This document shows, piece after piece, positions 41,901-56,186 of a stretch of DNA of 64,000 nucleotides; position 1 is the first letter of the stretch, and every line of letters begins with the position of its first letter. Made by a program: the position numbers and the translations under genes. A model generated the notes under the pieces. That model searched no databases, was not told the origin of the DNA, and saw only the letters and a list, made by a program, of their open reading frames with translations. Source of the stretch: Eledone cirrhosa (taxonomy: Eukaryota); assembly GCA_964016885.1 (NCBI GenBank), contig OZ024743.1, forward strand, positions 175,212,001 to 175,276,000, given 5' to 3'.

Positions 41901-44900
41901 TCAATCGTCAGCAGAGCTCAACTTGATAACCAGCACTCTCACAGATTTATATGCCAAAAAAGGAATTTCAAAACTGGCTAGTTCACCATCATGCGTGATT
42001 ATGAAAAATGCACATGAGGAAAGACAGGGTTAGTGACGTCAGAATCAGACGAACGTTTGTTTACAAGAAACAACAGTCAAAAACATTCCGTAAAGAAACT
42101 CTACAAAAGGAGTTTAGCAAAAAGCAATATTATCGCAGCTTTTTATTAAAAAACCGGGATTAGTCACAAATAATTTAAGCACTCTAGGAAAAAAATCCGA
42201 GTATAAATATATAAATGAAAGGTATAGAAATTGTTGTAGCGAGAAGCTAACAGTATTCCATAACATATATGCGACTATAGCGTCAAAATGGGAAAAATAG
42301 TTAACGTAAGATGTGGGAAAAATAATTCAAACTCATCTCAAAGAGTATCAGGATATAAATTCATGAACAGAATTTAGTGAAATCCAGGGAAAAATCAATA
42401 GAGCCTTAACTCATGATAAAATAAAGTCTAAAATACTTATCCTACAATTTGGAAAAACTTCAAATGCTCTGTATAGTCTTAAAGACTATTTCATGAAAAC
42501 TTTCACTGGAGATGGTCAAGGTTGGATTTCAATCGTCAGCAGAGCTCAACTTGATAACCAGGACTCTCACAGATTTATATGCCAAATATGAATTTTAAAA
42601 CTGGCTAGTTCACCATCATGCGTGATTATGAAAAACGCACATGAGGAAAGACAGGGCTAGTTACGTCAGAATGAGACGAATGTTTGTTTACAAGAAACAA
42701 CAGTCAAAAACATTCCGAAAAAAACTCTACAAAAGGAGTTTAGCAAAAAGCAATACTATCGCAGTTTTTTATTAAAAAAAAGCGGGATTAGTCACAAATA
42801 ATTTAAGCACTATAGGAAAAAAATCCGAGTATAAATATGTAAATGAAAGGTATAGAAATTGTTGTAGCGAGAAGCTAACAGTATTCCATAACATATATGC
42901 GACTATAGCGTCAAAATGGGGAAAATAGTTAACGTACAATGTGGGAAAAATAATTCAATCTCATCTCAAAGAGAATCAGGATATAAATTCATCCACAGAA
43001 TTTTTTGAAATCCAGGGTAAAATCAATAGAGCCTTAACTCATGATAAAATAAAGTCTAAAATACCTATCCTTCAAATTGGAAAAACTTCAAATGCTCTGT
43101 ATAGTCTTAAAGACTATTTCATGAAAACCTTCAGTGGAGATGGTCACGGTTGGACTTCAATCGTCAGCAGAGCTCAACTCGATAACCAGGATTCTCACAG
43201 ATTTATATGCCAAAAAGGAAATTTTAAAACTGGCTGGTTCACCATCATGCGTGATTATGAAAAATGCACATGAGGAAAGACAGGGCTAGTTACGTCAGAA
43301 TGAGACGAATGTTTGTTTACAAGAAACAACAGTCAAAAACATTCCGAAAAAAACTCTACAAAAGGAGTTTAGCAAAAAGCAATACTATCGCAGTTTTTTA
43401 TTAAAAAAAAGCGGGATTAGTCACAAATAATTTAAGCACTATAGGAAAAAAATCCGAGTATAAATATATAAATGAAAGGTATAGAAATTGTTGTAGCGAG
43501 AAGCTAACAGTATTCCATAACATATATGCGACTATAGCGTCAAAATGGGGAAAATAGTTAACGTACAATGTGGGAAAAATAATTCAATCTCATCTCAAAG
43601 AGAATCAGGATATAAATTCATCCACAGAATTTAGTGAAATCCAGGGTAAATTCAATAGAGCCTTAACTCATGATAAAATAAAGTCTAAAATACCTATCCT
43701 TCAAATTGGAAAAACTTCAAATGCTCTGTATAGTCTTAAAGACTATTTCATGAAAACCTTCAGTGGAGATGGTCACGGTTGGACTTCAATCGTCAGCAGA
43801 GCTCAACTCGATAACCAGGATTCTCACAGATTTATATGCCAAAAAGGAAATTTTAAAACTGGCTGGTTCACCATCATGCGTGATTATGAAAAATGCACAT
43901 GAGGAAAGACAGGGTTAGTGAAGTCAGAATGAGACGAACGTTTGTTTACAAGAAACAACAGTCAAAAACATTCCGAAAAAAAACTCTATAAAAGGATTTT
44001 AGCAAAAAGCAATATTATCGCAGTTTAAAAAAAAAAAAAAAAGCGGTATTAGTCACAAATAATTTAAGCACTATAGGAAAAAAATCCGAGTATAAATATA
44101 TAAATGAAAGGTATAGAAATTGTTGTAGCGAGAAGCTAACAGTATTCCATAACATATATGCGACTGTAGCGTCAAAATGGGGAAAATAGTTAACGTACAA
44201 TGTGGGAAAAATAATTCAAACTCATGATAAAATAAAGTCTAAAATACTTATCCTACAATTTAGAAAAACTTCAAATGCTCTGTATAGTCTTAAAGACTAT
44301 TTCATGAAAACTTTCAGTGGAGATGGTCAAGGTTGGATTTCAATCGTCAGCAGAGCACAACTCGATAACCAGGACTCTCACAGATTCATATGCCAAAAAG
44401 GGAATTTTAAAACTGGCTAGTTCACCATCATACGTGATTATGAAAAACGCAGATGAGGAAAGACAGGGCTAGTGACGTCAGAATGAGACGAATGTTTGTG
44501 TACAAGAAACAACAGTCAAAAACATTAAAAAAAAAACCTCTACAAAAGGAGTTCAGCAAAAAGCAATATTATCGCAGTTTTTTATAAAAAAACCCCGGGA
44601 TTAGTCACAAATAAATTAAGCACACTAGGAAAAAAATCCGAGTATAAATATATAAATGAAAGGTATAGAAATTGTTGTATCTAGAAGCTAACAGTATTCC
44701 ATAACATATATGCGACTATAGCGTCAAAATGGGGAAAATAGTTAACGTAAGATGTGGGAAAAATAATTCAAACTCATCTCAAAGAGAATCAGGATATAAA
44801 TTCATCCACAGAATTTAGTGAAATCCAGGGAAAAATCAATAGAGCCTTAACTCATGATAAAATAAAGTCTAAAATACTTATCCTTCAAATGCTCTGTATA

Positions 44901-47900
44901 GTCCTAAAGACTATTTCATGAAAACTTTCAGTGGAGATGGTCACGGTTGGATTTCAATCGTCAGCAGAGCTCAACTCGATAACCAGGACTCTCACAGATT
45001 CATATGCCAAAAAGGGAATTTTAAAACTGGCTAGTTCACCATCATACGTGATTATGAAAAACGCACATGAGGAAAGACAGGGCTAGTGACGTCAGAATGA
45101 GACGAATGTTTGTGTACAAGAAACAACAGTCAAAAACATTCCAAAAAAAACCTCTACAAAAGGTGTTCAGCAAAAAGCAATATTATCGCAGTTTTTTAAT
45201 AAAAAAAACCGGGATTAGTCACAAATAAGTTAAGCACACTAGGAAAAAAATCCGAGTATAAATATATAAATGAAAGGTATAGAAATTGTTGTATCGAGAA
45301 GCTAACAGTATTCCATAACATATATGCGACTATAGCGTCAAAATGGGGAACATAGTTAACGTAAGATGTGGGGAAAATAATTCAAACTCATCTCAAAGAG
45401 AATCAGGATATAAATTCATCCATAGAATTTAGTGAAATCTAGGGAAATATCAATAGAGCCCTAACTCATGATAAAACAAAGTCTAAAATACTTATCCTTC
45501 AATTTGGAAAAACTTCAAATGCTCTGTATAGTCTTAAAGACTATTTCATGAAAACTTTCAGTGGAGATGGACACGGTTGGATTTCAATCGTCAGCAGAGC
45601 TCAACTCGATAACCAGGACTCTCACAGATTTATATGCCAAAAAGGGAATTTTAAAACTGGCTAGTTCACCATCATGCGTGATTATGAAAAACGCACATGA
45701 GGAAAGACAGGACTAGTGACGTCAGAATGAGACGAATGTTTGTTTACAAGAAACAACAGTCAAAAACATTCCGAAAAAAAACTCTACAGAAGGAATTCAG
45801 CAAAAAGCAATATTATCGCAGTATTTTATAAAAAAAACCCGGGATTAGTCACAAATAATTTAATCACTCTAGGAAAATAATCAGCGAATAAATATATAAA
45901 TGAAAGGTATATAAACTGTTGTAGCGAGAAGCTAACAGTATTCCATAACATATATGCGACTATAGCGTCAAAATGGGGAAAATAGTTAACGTAAGATGTG
46001 GGAAAAATATTTCAAACTCATCTCAAAGAGAATCAGGATATAAATTCATCCACAGAATTTAGTGAAATCCAGGGAAAAATCAATAGAGCCTTAACTCACG
46101 ATAAAAGAAGGTCTAAAATACTTATCCTACAATTTGGAAAAACTTTAAATGCTCTGTATAGTCTTAAAGACTATTTCATGAAAACTTTCACTGGAGATGG
46201 TCAAGGTTGGATTTCAATCGTCAGCAGAGCTCAACTTGATAACCAGGACTCTCACAGATTTATATGCCAAAAAAGGAATTTTAAAACTGGCTAGTTCACC
46301 ATCATGCGTGATTATGAAAAACGCACATGAGGAAAGACAGGGCTAGTTACGTCAGAATGAGACGAATGTTTGTTTACAAGAAACAACAGTCAAAAACATT
46401 CCGAAAAAAAACTCTACAAAAGGAGTTTAGCAAAAAGCAATATTATCGCAGTTTTTTATTAAAAAAATGCGGGATTAGTCACAAATAATTTAAGCACTAT
46501 AGGAAAAAATTCCGAGTATAAATATATAAATGAAAGGTATAGAAATTGTTGTAGCGAGAAGCTAACAGTATTCCATAACATATATGCGACTGTAGCGTCA
46601 AAATGGGGAAAATAGTTGACGTAAGATGTGGCAAAAATAATTCAAACTCATCTCAAAGAGTATCAGGATATAAATTCATGAACAGAATTTAGTGAAATCC
46701 AGGGAAAAATCAATAGAGCCTTAACTCATGATAAAATAAAGTCTAAAATACTTATCCTTCAATTTGGAAAAACTTCAAATGCTCTGTATAGTCCTAAAGA
46801 CTATTTCATGAAAACTTTCAGTGGAGATGGTCACGGTTGGATTTCAATCGTCAGCAGAGCTCAACTTGATAACCAGGACTCTCACAGATTTATATGCCAA
46901 AATGGGAATTTTAAAACTGGCTAGTTCACCATCATGCGTGATTATGAAAAACGCACATGAGGAAAGACAGGGCTAGTGACGTCAGAATGAGACGAATGTT
47001 TGTTTACAAGAAACAACAGTCAAAAACATAAAAAAAACTCTCCAAAAGGCGTTCAGCAAAAAGCAATATTATCGCAGTTTTTTATTAAAAAAACCCCGGG
47101 ATTAGTCACAAATAAATTAAGCACACTAGGAAAAAAATCCGAGTATAAATATATAAATGAAAGGTATAGAAATTGTTGTATCTAGAAGCTAACAGTATTC
47201 CCTAACATATATGCGACTGTAGCGTCAAAATAGGGAAAAGAGTTGACGTAAGATGTGCAAAAAATAATTCAAACTCATCTCAAAGAGTATCAGGATATAA
47301 ATTCATCAACAGAATTTAGTGAAATCCATTGAAAAATCAATAGAGCCTTAACTCATGATAAAATATAGTCTAAAATACTTATCCTTCAATTTGGAGAAAA
47401 ATTCAAATGCTCTGTATAGTCTTAAAGACAATTTCATGAAAACTTTCAGTGGAGATGGTCACGGTTGGATTTCAATCGTCAGCAGAGTTCAACTTGATAA
47501 CCAGGACTCTCACAGATTTATATGCCAAAAAGGGAATTTTAAAACTGGCTGGTTCACCATCATGCGTGATTATTAAAAATGCACATGAGGAAAGACAGGG
47601 TTAGTGAAGTCAGAATGAGACGAACGTTTGTTTACAAGAAACAACAGTCAAAAACATTCCGAAAAAAAACTCTATAAAAGGAGTTTAGCAAAAAGCAATA
47701 TTATCGCAGTTTAAAAAAAAAAAAAAAGCGGGATTAGTCACAAATAATTTAAGCACTATAGGAAAAAAATCCGAGTATAAATATATAAATGAAAGGTATA
47801 GAAATTGTTGTAGCGAGAAGCTAACAGTATTCCATAACATACATGCGACTATAGCGTCAAAATGGGGAAAATAGTTAACGTACAATGTGGGAAAAATAAT

Positions 47901-50900
47901 TCAAACTCATGATAAAATAAAGTCTAAAATACTTATCCTACCATTTGGAAAAACTTAAAATGCTCTGTATAGTCTTAAAGACTATTTCATGAAAACTTTC
48001 ACTGGAGATGGTCAAGGTTGGATTTCAATCGTCAGCAGAGCTCAACTTGATAACCAGGACTCTCACAGATTTATATGCCAAAAAAGGAATTTTAAAACTG
48101 GCTAGTTCACCATCATGCGTGATTATGAAAAACGCACATGAGGAAAGACAGGGCTAGTTACGTCAGAATGAGAGGAATGTTTGTTTACAAGAAACAACAG
48201 TCAAAAACATTCCGAAAAATAACTCTACAAAAGGAGTTTAGCAAAAAGCAATATTATCGCAGTTTTTTTATTAAAAAAAAGCAGGATTAGTCACAAATAA
48301 TTTAAGCACTATAGGAAAAAAATCCGAGTATAAATATATAAATGAAAGGTATAGAAATTGTTGTAGCGAGAAGCTAACAGTATTCCATAACATATATGCG
48401 ACTATAGCGTCAAAATAGGGAAAATAGTTAACGTACAATGTGGGAAAAATAATTCAAACTCATGATAAAATAAAGTTTAAAATACTTATCCTACAATTTG
48501 GAAAAACTTCAAATGCTCTGTATAGTCTTAAAGACTATTTCATGAAAACTTTCACTGGAGATGGTCAAGGTTGGATTTCAATCGTCAGCAGAGCTCAACT
48601 TGATAACCAGGACTCTCACAGATTTATATGCCAAAAAAGGAATTTTAAAACTGGCTAGTTCACCATCGTGCGTGATTATGAAACACGCACATGAGGAAAG
48701 ACAGGGCTAGTTACGTCAGAATGAGACGAATGTTTGTTTACAAGAAACAACAGTCAAAAACATTCCGAAAAAAAACTCTACAAAAGGAGTTTAGCAAAAA
48801 GCAATATTATCGCAGTTTTTTATTAAAAAAATGCGGGATTAGTCACAAATAATTTAAGCACTATAGGAAAAAAATCCGAGTATAAATATATAAATGAAAG
48901 GTATAGAAATTGTTGAATCGAGAAGCTAACAGTATTCCATAACATATATGCGACTGTAGCGTCAAAATGGGGAAAATAGTTGACGTAAGATGTGGCAAAA
49001 ATAATTCAAACTCATCTCAAAGAGTATCAGGATATAAATTCATCAACAGAATTTAGTGAAATCCATTGAAAAACCAATAGAGCCTTAACTCATGATAAAA
49101 TAAAGTCTAAAATACTTATCCTTCAATTTGGAAAAACTTCAAATGCTCTGTATAGTCTTAAAGACTATTTCATGAAAACTTTCAGTGGAGATGGTCACGG
49201 TTGGATTTCAATCGTCAGCAGAGCTCAACTTGATAACCAGGACTCTCTCAGATTTATATGCCAAAAAGAAAATTTTAAAACTGGCTGGTTCACCATCATG
49301 CGTGATTATGAAACATGCACATGAGGAAAGACAGGGTTAGTGACGTCAGAATCAGACGAACGTTTGTTTACAAGAAACAACAGTCAAAAACATTCCGTAA
49401 AGAAACTCTACAAAAAGAGTTTAGCAAAAAGCAATATTACCGCAGTTTTTTATTAAAAAAAAGCGGGATTAGTCACAAATAATTTAAGCACTATAGGAAA
49501 AAAATCCGAGTATAAATATATAAATGAAAGGTATAGAAATTGTTGTATCGAGAAGCTAACAGTATTCCATAACATATATGCGACTGTAGCGTCAAAATGG
49601 GGAAAATAGTTGACGTAAGATGTGGCAAAAATAATTCAAACTCATCTCAAAGAGTATCAGGATATAAATTCATCAACAGAATTTAGTGAAATCCATTGAA
49701 AAATCAATAGAGCCTTAACTCATGATAAAATAAAGTCTAAAATACTTATCCTTCAATTTGGAAAAACTTCAAATGCTCTGTATAGTCTTAAAGACTATTT
49801 CATGAAAACTTTCAGTGGAGATGGTCACGGTTGGATGTCAATCGTCAGCAGAGCTCAACTCGATAACCAGGACTCTCACAGATTTATATGCCAAAAAGAA
49901 AATTTTAAAACTGGCTGGTTCACCATCATGCGTGATTATGAAAAATGCACATGAGGAAAGACAGGGTTAGTGACGTCAGAATCAGACGAACGTTTGTTTA
50001 CAAGAAACAACAGTCAAAAACATTCCGCAAAGAAACTCTACAAAAGGAGTTTAGCAAAAAGCAATATTATCGCAGCTTTTTATTAAAAAACCGGGATTAG
50101 TCACAAATAATTTAAGCACTCTAGGAAAAAAATCCGAGTATAAATATATAAATGAAAGGTATAGAAATTGTTGTAGCGAGAAGCTAACAGTATTCCATAA
50201 CATATATGCGACTATAGCGTCAAAATGGGAAAAATAGTTAACGTAAGATGTGGGAAAAATAATTCAAACTCATCTCAAAGAGTATCAGGATATAAATTCA
50301 TGAACAGAATTTAGTGAAATCCAGGGAAAAATCAATAGAGCCTTAACTCATGATAAAATAAAGTCTAAAATACTTATCCTACAATTTGGAAAAACTTCAA
50401 ATGCTCTGTATAGTCTTAAAGACTATTTCATGAAAACATTCAATGGAGATGGTCAAGGTTGGATTTCAATCGTCAGCAGAGCTCAACTTGATAACCAGGA
50501 CTCTCACAGATTTATATGCCAAAAAAGGAATTTTAAAACTGGCTAGTTCACCATCATGCGTGATTATGAAAAACGCACATGAGGAAAGACAGGGCTAGTT
50601 ACGTCAGAATAAGACGAATGTTTGTTTACAAGAAACAACAGTCAAAAACATTCCGAAAAAAAACTCTACAAAAGGAGTTTAGCAAAAAGCAATATTATCG
50701 CAGTTTTTTATTAAAAAAAAGCGGGATTAGTCACAAATAATTTAAGCACTATAGGAAAAAAATCCGAGTATAAATATATAAATGAAAGGTATAGAAATTG
50801 TTGTATCGAGAAGCTAACAGTATTCCATAACATATATGCGACTGTAGCGTCAAAATGGGGAAAATAGTTGACGTAACATGTGCGAAAAATAATTCAAACT

Positions 50901-53900
50901 CATCTCAAAGAGTATCAGGATATAAATTCATCAACAGAATTTAGTGAAATCCATTGAAAAATCAATAGAGCCTTAACTCATGATAAAATAAAGTCTAAAA
51001 TACTTATCCTTCAATTTGGAAAAACTTCAAATGCTCTGTATAGTCTTAAAGACTATTTCATGAAAACTTTCAGTGGAGATGGTCACGGTTGGATTTCAAT
51101 CGTCAGCAGAGCTCAACTTGATAACCAGGACTCTCTCAGATTTATATGCCAAAAAGAAAATTTTAAAACTGGCTGGTTCACCATCATGCGTGATTATGAA
51201 AAATGCACATGAGGAAAGACAGGGTTAGTGACGTCAGAATCAGACGAACGTTTGTTTACAAGAAACAACAGTCAAAAACATTCCGTAAAGAAACTCTACA
51301 AAAGGAGTTTAGCAAAAAGCAATATTATCGCAGCTTTTTATTAAAAAACCGGGATCAGTCACAAATAATTTAAGCACTCTAGGAAAAAAATCCGAGTATA
51401 AATATATAAATGAAAGGTATAGAAATTGTTGTAGCGAGAAGCTAACAGTATTCCATAACATATATGCGACTATAGCGTCAAAATGGGAAAAATAGTTAAC
51501 GTAAGATGTGGGAAAAATAATTCAAACTCATCTCAAAGAGTAGCAGGATATAAATTCATGAACAGAATTTAGTGAAATCCAGGGAAAAATCAATAGAGCC
51601 TTAACTCATGATAAAATAAAGTCTAAAATACTTATCCTTCAATTTAGAAAAACTTCAAATGCTCTGTATAGTCCTAAAGACTATTTCATGAAAACTTTCA
51701 GTGGAGATGGTCACGGTTGGATTTCAATCGTCAGCAGAGCTCAACTTGATAACCAGGACTCTCACAGATTTAAATGCCAAAAAGGGAATTTTAAAACTGG
51801 CTAGTTCACCATCAAGCGTGATTATGAAAAACGCACATGAGGAAAGACAGGGCTAGTGACGTCAGAATGAGACGAATGTTTGTTTACAAGAAACAACAGT
51901 CAAAAACATAAAAAAAAAACTCTCCAAAAGGCGTTCAGCAAAAAGCAATATTATCGCAGTTTTTTATAAAAAAACCCCGGGATTAGTCACAAATAAATTA
52001 AGCACACTAGGAAAAAAATCCGAGTATAAATATATAAATAAAAGGAATAGAAATTGTTGTATCTAGAAGCTAACAGTATTCCCTAACATATATGCGACTG
52101 TAGCGTCAAAATAGGGAAAAGAGTTGACGTAAGATGTGCGAAAAATAATTCAAACTCATCTCAAAGAGTATCAGGATATAAATTCATCAACAGAATTTAG
52201 TGAAATCCAGGGAAAAATCAATAGAGCCTTAACTCATGATAAAATAAAGTCTAAAATACTTATCCTTCAATTTGGAAAAACTTCAAATGCTCTGTATAGT
52301 CTTAAAGACAATTTCATGAAAACTTTCAGTGGAGATGGTCACGGTTGGATTTCAATCGTCAGCAGAGTTCAACTTGATAACCAGGACTCTCACAGATTTA
52401 TATGCCAAAAAGGGAATTTTAAAACTGGCTGGTTCACCATCACGCGTGATTATTAAAAATGCACATGAGGAAAGACAGGGTTAGTGAAGTCAGAATGAGA
52501 CGAACGTTTGTTTACAAGAAACAACAGTCAAAAACATTCCGAAAAAAAACTCTATAAAAGGAGTTTAGCAAAAAGCAATATTATCGCAGTTTTAAAAAAA
52601 AAAAAAAAGCGGGATTAGTCACAAATAATTTAAGCACTATAGGAAAAAAATCCGAGTATAAATATATAAATGAAAGGTATAGAAATTGTTGTAGCGAGAA
52701 GCTAACAGTATTCCATAACATATATGCGACTATAGCGTCAAAATGGGGAAAATAGTTAACGTACAATGTGGGAAAAATAATTCAAACTCATGATAAAATA
52801 AAGTCTAAAATACTTATCCTACAATTTAGAAAAACTTCAAATGCTCTGTATAGTCTTAAAGACTATTTCATGAAAACTTTCACTGGAGATGGTCAAGGTT
52901 GGATTTCAATCGTCAGCAGAGCTCAACTTGATAACCAGGACTCTCACAGATTTATATGCCAAAAAAGGAATTTTAAAACTGGCTAGTTCAACATCATGCG
53001 TGATTATGAAAAACGCACATGAGGAAAGACAGGGCTAGTTACGTCAGAATGAGACGAATGTTTGTTTACAAGAAACAACAGTCAAAAACATTCCGAAAAA
53101 AAACTCTACAAAGGAGTTTAGCAAAAAGCAATATTATCGCAGTTTTTTATTAAAAAAAAGCGGGATTAGTCACAAATAATTTAAGCACTATAGGAAAAAA
53201 ATCCGAGTATAAATATATAAATGAAAGGTATAGAAATTGTTGTATCAAGAAGCTAACAGTATTCCATAACATATATGCGACTATATTGTCAAAATGGGGA
53301 AAATAGTTAACGTACAATGTGGGAAAAATAATTCAGTCTCATCTCAAAGAGAATCAGGATATAGATTCATCCACAGAATTTATTGAAATCCAGGGTAAAA
53401 TCAATAGAGCCTTATCTCATGATAAAATAAAGTCTAAAATACCTATCCTTCAAATTGGAAAAACTTCAAATGCTCTGTATAGTCTTAAAGACTATTTCAT
53501 GAAAACCTTCAGTGGAGATGGTCACGGTTGGACTTCAATCGTCAGCAGAGCTCAACTCGATAACCAGGACTCTCACAGATTTATATGCCAAAAAGGGAAT
53601 TTTAAAACTGGCTAGTTCACCATCATTCGTGATTATGAAAAACGCACATGAGCAAAGACAGGGCTAGTGACGTCAGAATGAGACGTATGTTTGTTTACAA
53701 GAAACATCAGTCAAAACATTCCGAAAAAAAACTCTACAAAAGGAGTTCAGCAAAAAGCAATATTATCGCAGTTTTTATTATAAAACCGGGATTAGTCACA
53801 AATAATTTAAGCACTCTAGGAAAAAAATCCGAGTATAAATATATAAATGAAAGATATAGAAATTGTTGTAGCGAGAAGCTAACAGTATTCCATAACATAT

Positions 53901-54185
53901 ATGCGACTATAGCGTCAAAATGGGAAAAATAGTTAACGTAATATGTGGGAAAAATAATTCAAACTCATCTCAAAGAGAATCAGGATATAAATTCATCCAG
54001 GGAAAAATCAATAGAGCCTTAACTCATGATAAAATAAAGTCTAAAATACTTATCCTTCAATTTGGAAAAACTTCAAATGCTCTGTATAGTCTTAAAGACT
54101 ATTTCATGATAACTTTCAGTGGAGATGGTCACGGTTGGATTTCAATCGTCAGCAGAGCTCAACTCGATATCCAGGACTCTCACAG

Positions 54186-54216
<31 letters not shown>

Positions 54217-54217
54217 G

Positions 54218-54327
<110 letters not shown>

Positions 54328-54705
54328 TTATGTGCATGTACGCGCGTGTATGTATGCAGGGGGGGGGGGTATGTATATTATGTCCTCATCCTTTTATTGC
54401 GTACGTGCGTCCGTATATATTTGAATGTGTACGCATGAATTATATATGTATAGGCCTGTGTGGGTATGTCTGTGGGTATATATGTGTATGTGTATATATA
54501 TGCATATGTATATATGTGTACATATATACATATGTATATGTGTACGTTTGTGGATGTGTATGTGTATGTATACGTGTATGTGCGTGTGTGTGTGTATATG
54601 TACGTATGTTTATATATATATTTATATATTTAATTATTCCCCCTCACCTTTCGTTGTCAACACGTCTCTTTATGCTTTTTATTATATTTTTATTTCTTTA
54701 TTTTT

Positions 54706-54934
54706 TGCTTTTTTGATTTTATTTATTCATATTTGTTCCCCACCTACCTCCCAATGTACCTTGTAGTATCATGCCTATACGTGTGTGTATCTGTTGCCCA
54801 CCTACCTCCCAATGTACCTTTTTTATCATGCCTATACGTGTGATTAAGCGTAAGTGTGTGCGCGCGTGTCTGAACTTTTGTACGTCTGTGTATACGTGCG
54901 TACATAGGCAGATGTGCGTATGTATATTTACACA
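54706..54934 (+). repeat. Inverted counterpart of 25969-26136 (PLE 3' UTR), with an internal ~49-bp duplication
   Basis: ctacctcccaatgtacctt...tgattaagcgtaagtgtg...gtgtctgaacttttgtacgtctg is the reverse complement of 25969-26136. Confidence 0.85.
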
Positions 54935-55082
54935 CTGGTAAATGAAATAATTATCTTATTTTGTTTATTACATAACTATATATATATGACCAAAGATTAA
55001 TATGGTTCGTTGATTACTCAATGAATACAATTTTACAATAGATGAAAAGCACTCAACATGTTAGTCTTCTTGGAGTTTTTAA

Positions 55083-55430
55083 TATTATTCAAAATATTAA
55101 CAAATGAAAGATATTCACATAATCAAAATATATGCTTTATTATATATATTTCAAAGGTACTGTGTTGCTTTTTTTCCACGTACGTCTTCATCAGATAAAA
55201 TATATGATTTGATATATGACATACCGCTACGGTCTTGATTATACAATTCCAGTATTGGCAGTACTGGAATTGTATAATCGACCGTAGCGGTATGTCATAT
55301 ATCAAATCATATATTTTATCTGATGAAGACGTACGTGGAAAAAAAGCAACACAGTACCTTTGAAATATATATAATAAAGCATATATTTTGATTATGTGAA
55401 TATCTTTCATTTGTTAATATTTTGAATAAT
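55083..55430. mobile_element. Near-perfect palindrome (~170-bp arms) with a hammerhead on each arm
   Basis: Centre at ~55256. Plus arm tttat-ctgatga-agacgtac...gtacctt-t-gaaa-t-atat-a-ta^ataaa (55315-55378). Confidence 0.8.
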
Positions 55431-55497
55431 ATATATACTGTATATAATATATATATAATAAGACTCTCTATCTCTATCTCTCTCCCTTTTTCTCTCT

Positions 55498-55559
<62 letters not shown>

Positions 55560-56021
55560 ACACACATATAATATACACATATATATATATGTACATATAT
55601 ATATATATAATAATAATAATACTACTATTAACAGTTATGTATAAAGTATAGACAACTATAAACAGGAAAAGTCAGTAATTTCCTACTACCTTATTACCAG
55701 TAAGAGAAATAGCTCAATGTAAGATCATCAGTTGTTTTACAGAGCAGGAAAATAAATAAATTAGATTTAATTTGAATTTGAATTTTTGTACAATTCTCGT
55801 AAAATATATGTCACATCCATTCCAACCTGTAAATACGAAACTGTTGCTCACAACATCAATATATATGTATCTATATTATTGTTCAGTTGAATAGGATGTT
55901 AATTACATGTACAAACAATGATAATGCTCCGATGATTCCAAATGAGAGTTTGGAAGAAACGATTGTCAGCTATTAAAGGATTTGAACACAACTTTGATAA
56001 TTGTCTAATTTATTTATATAT

Positions 56022-56186
<165 letters not shown>

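Larger units (their letters stand above)
28218..54190 (-). repeat. Tandem array of 43 monomers (~629 bp; ten are a ~553-bp variant), each with a hammerhead ribozyme motif
   Basis: Marker gctctgtatagtc recurs at ~28468, 29097, 29724, 30351 ... 53472, 54079 (43 counted by eye); (TA)n at both ends. Confidence 0.95.

Noticed and set aside
28218-54190. Array as CRISPR, rDNA/5S, snRNA, tRNA or histone cluster
   Set aside because: No repeat-spacer alternation, and no rRNA, tRNA, snRNA or histone sequence that I can recognise in the monomer.
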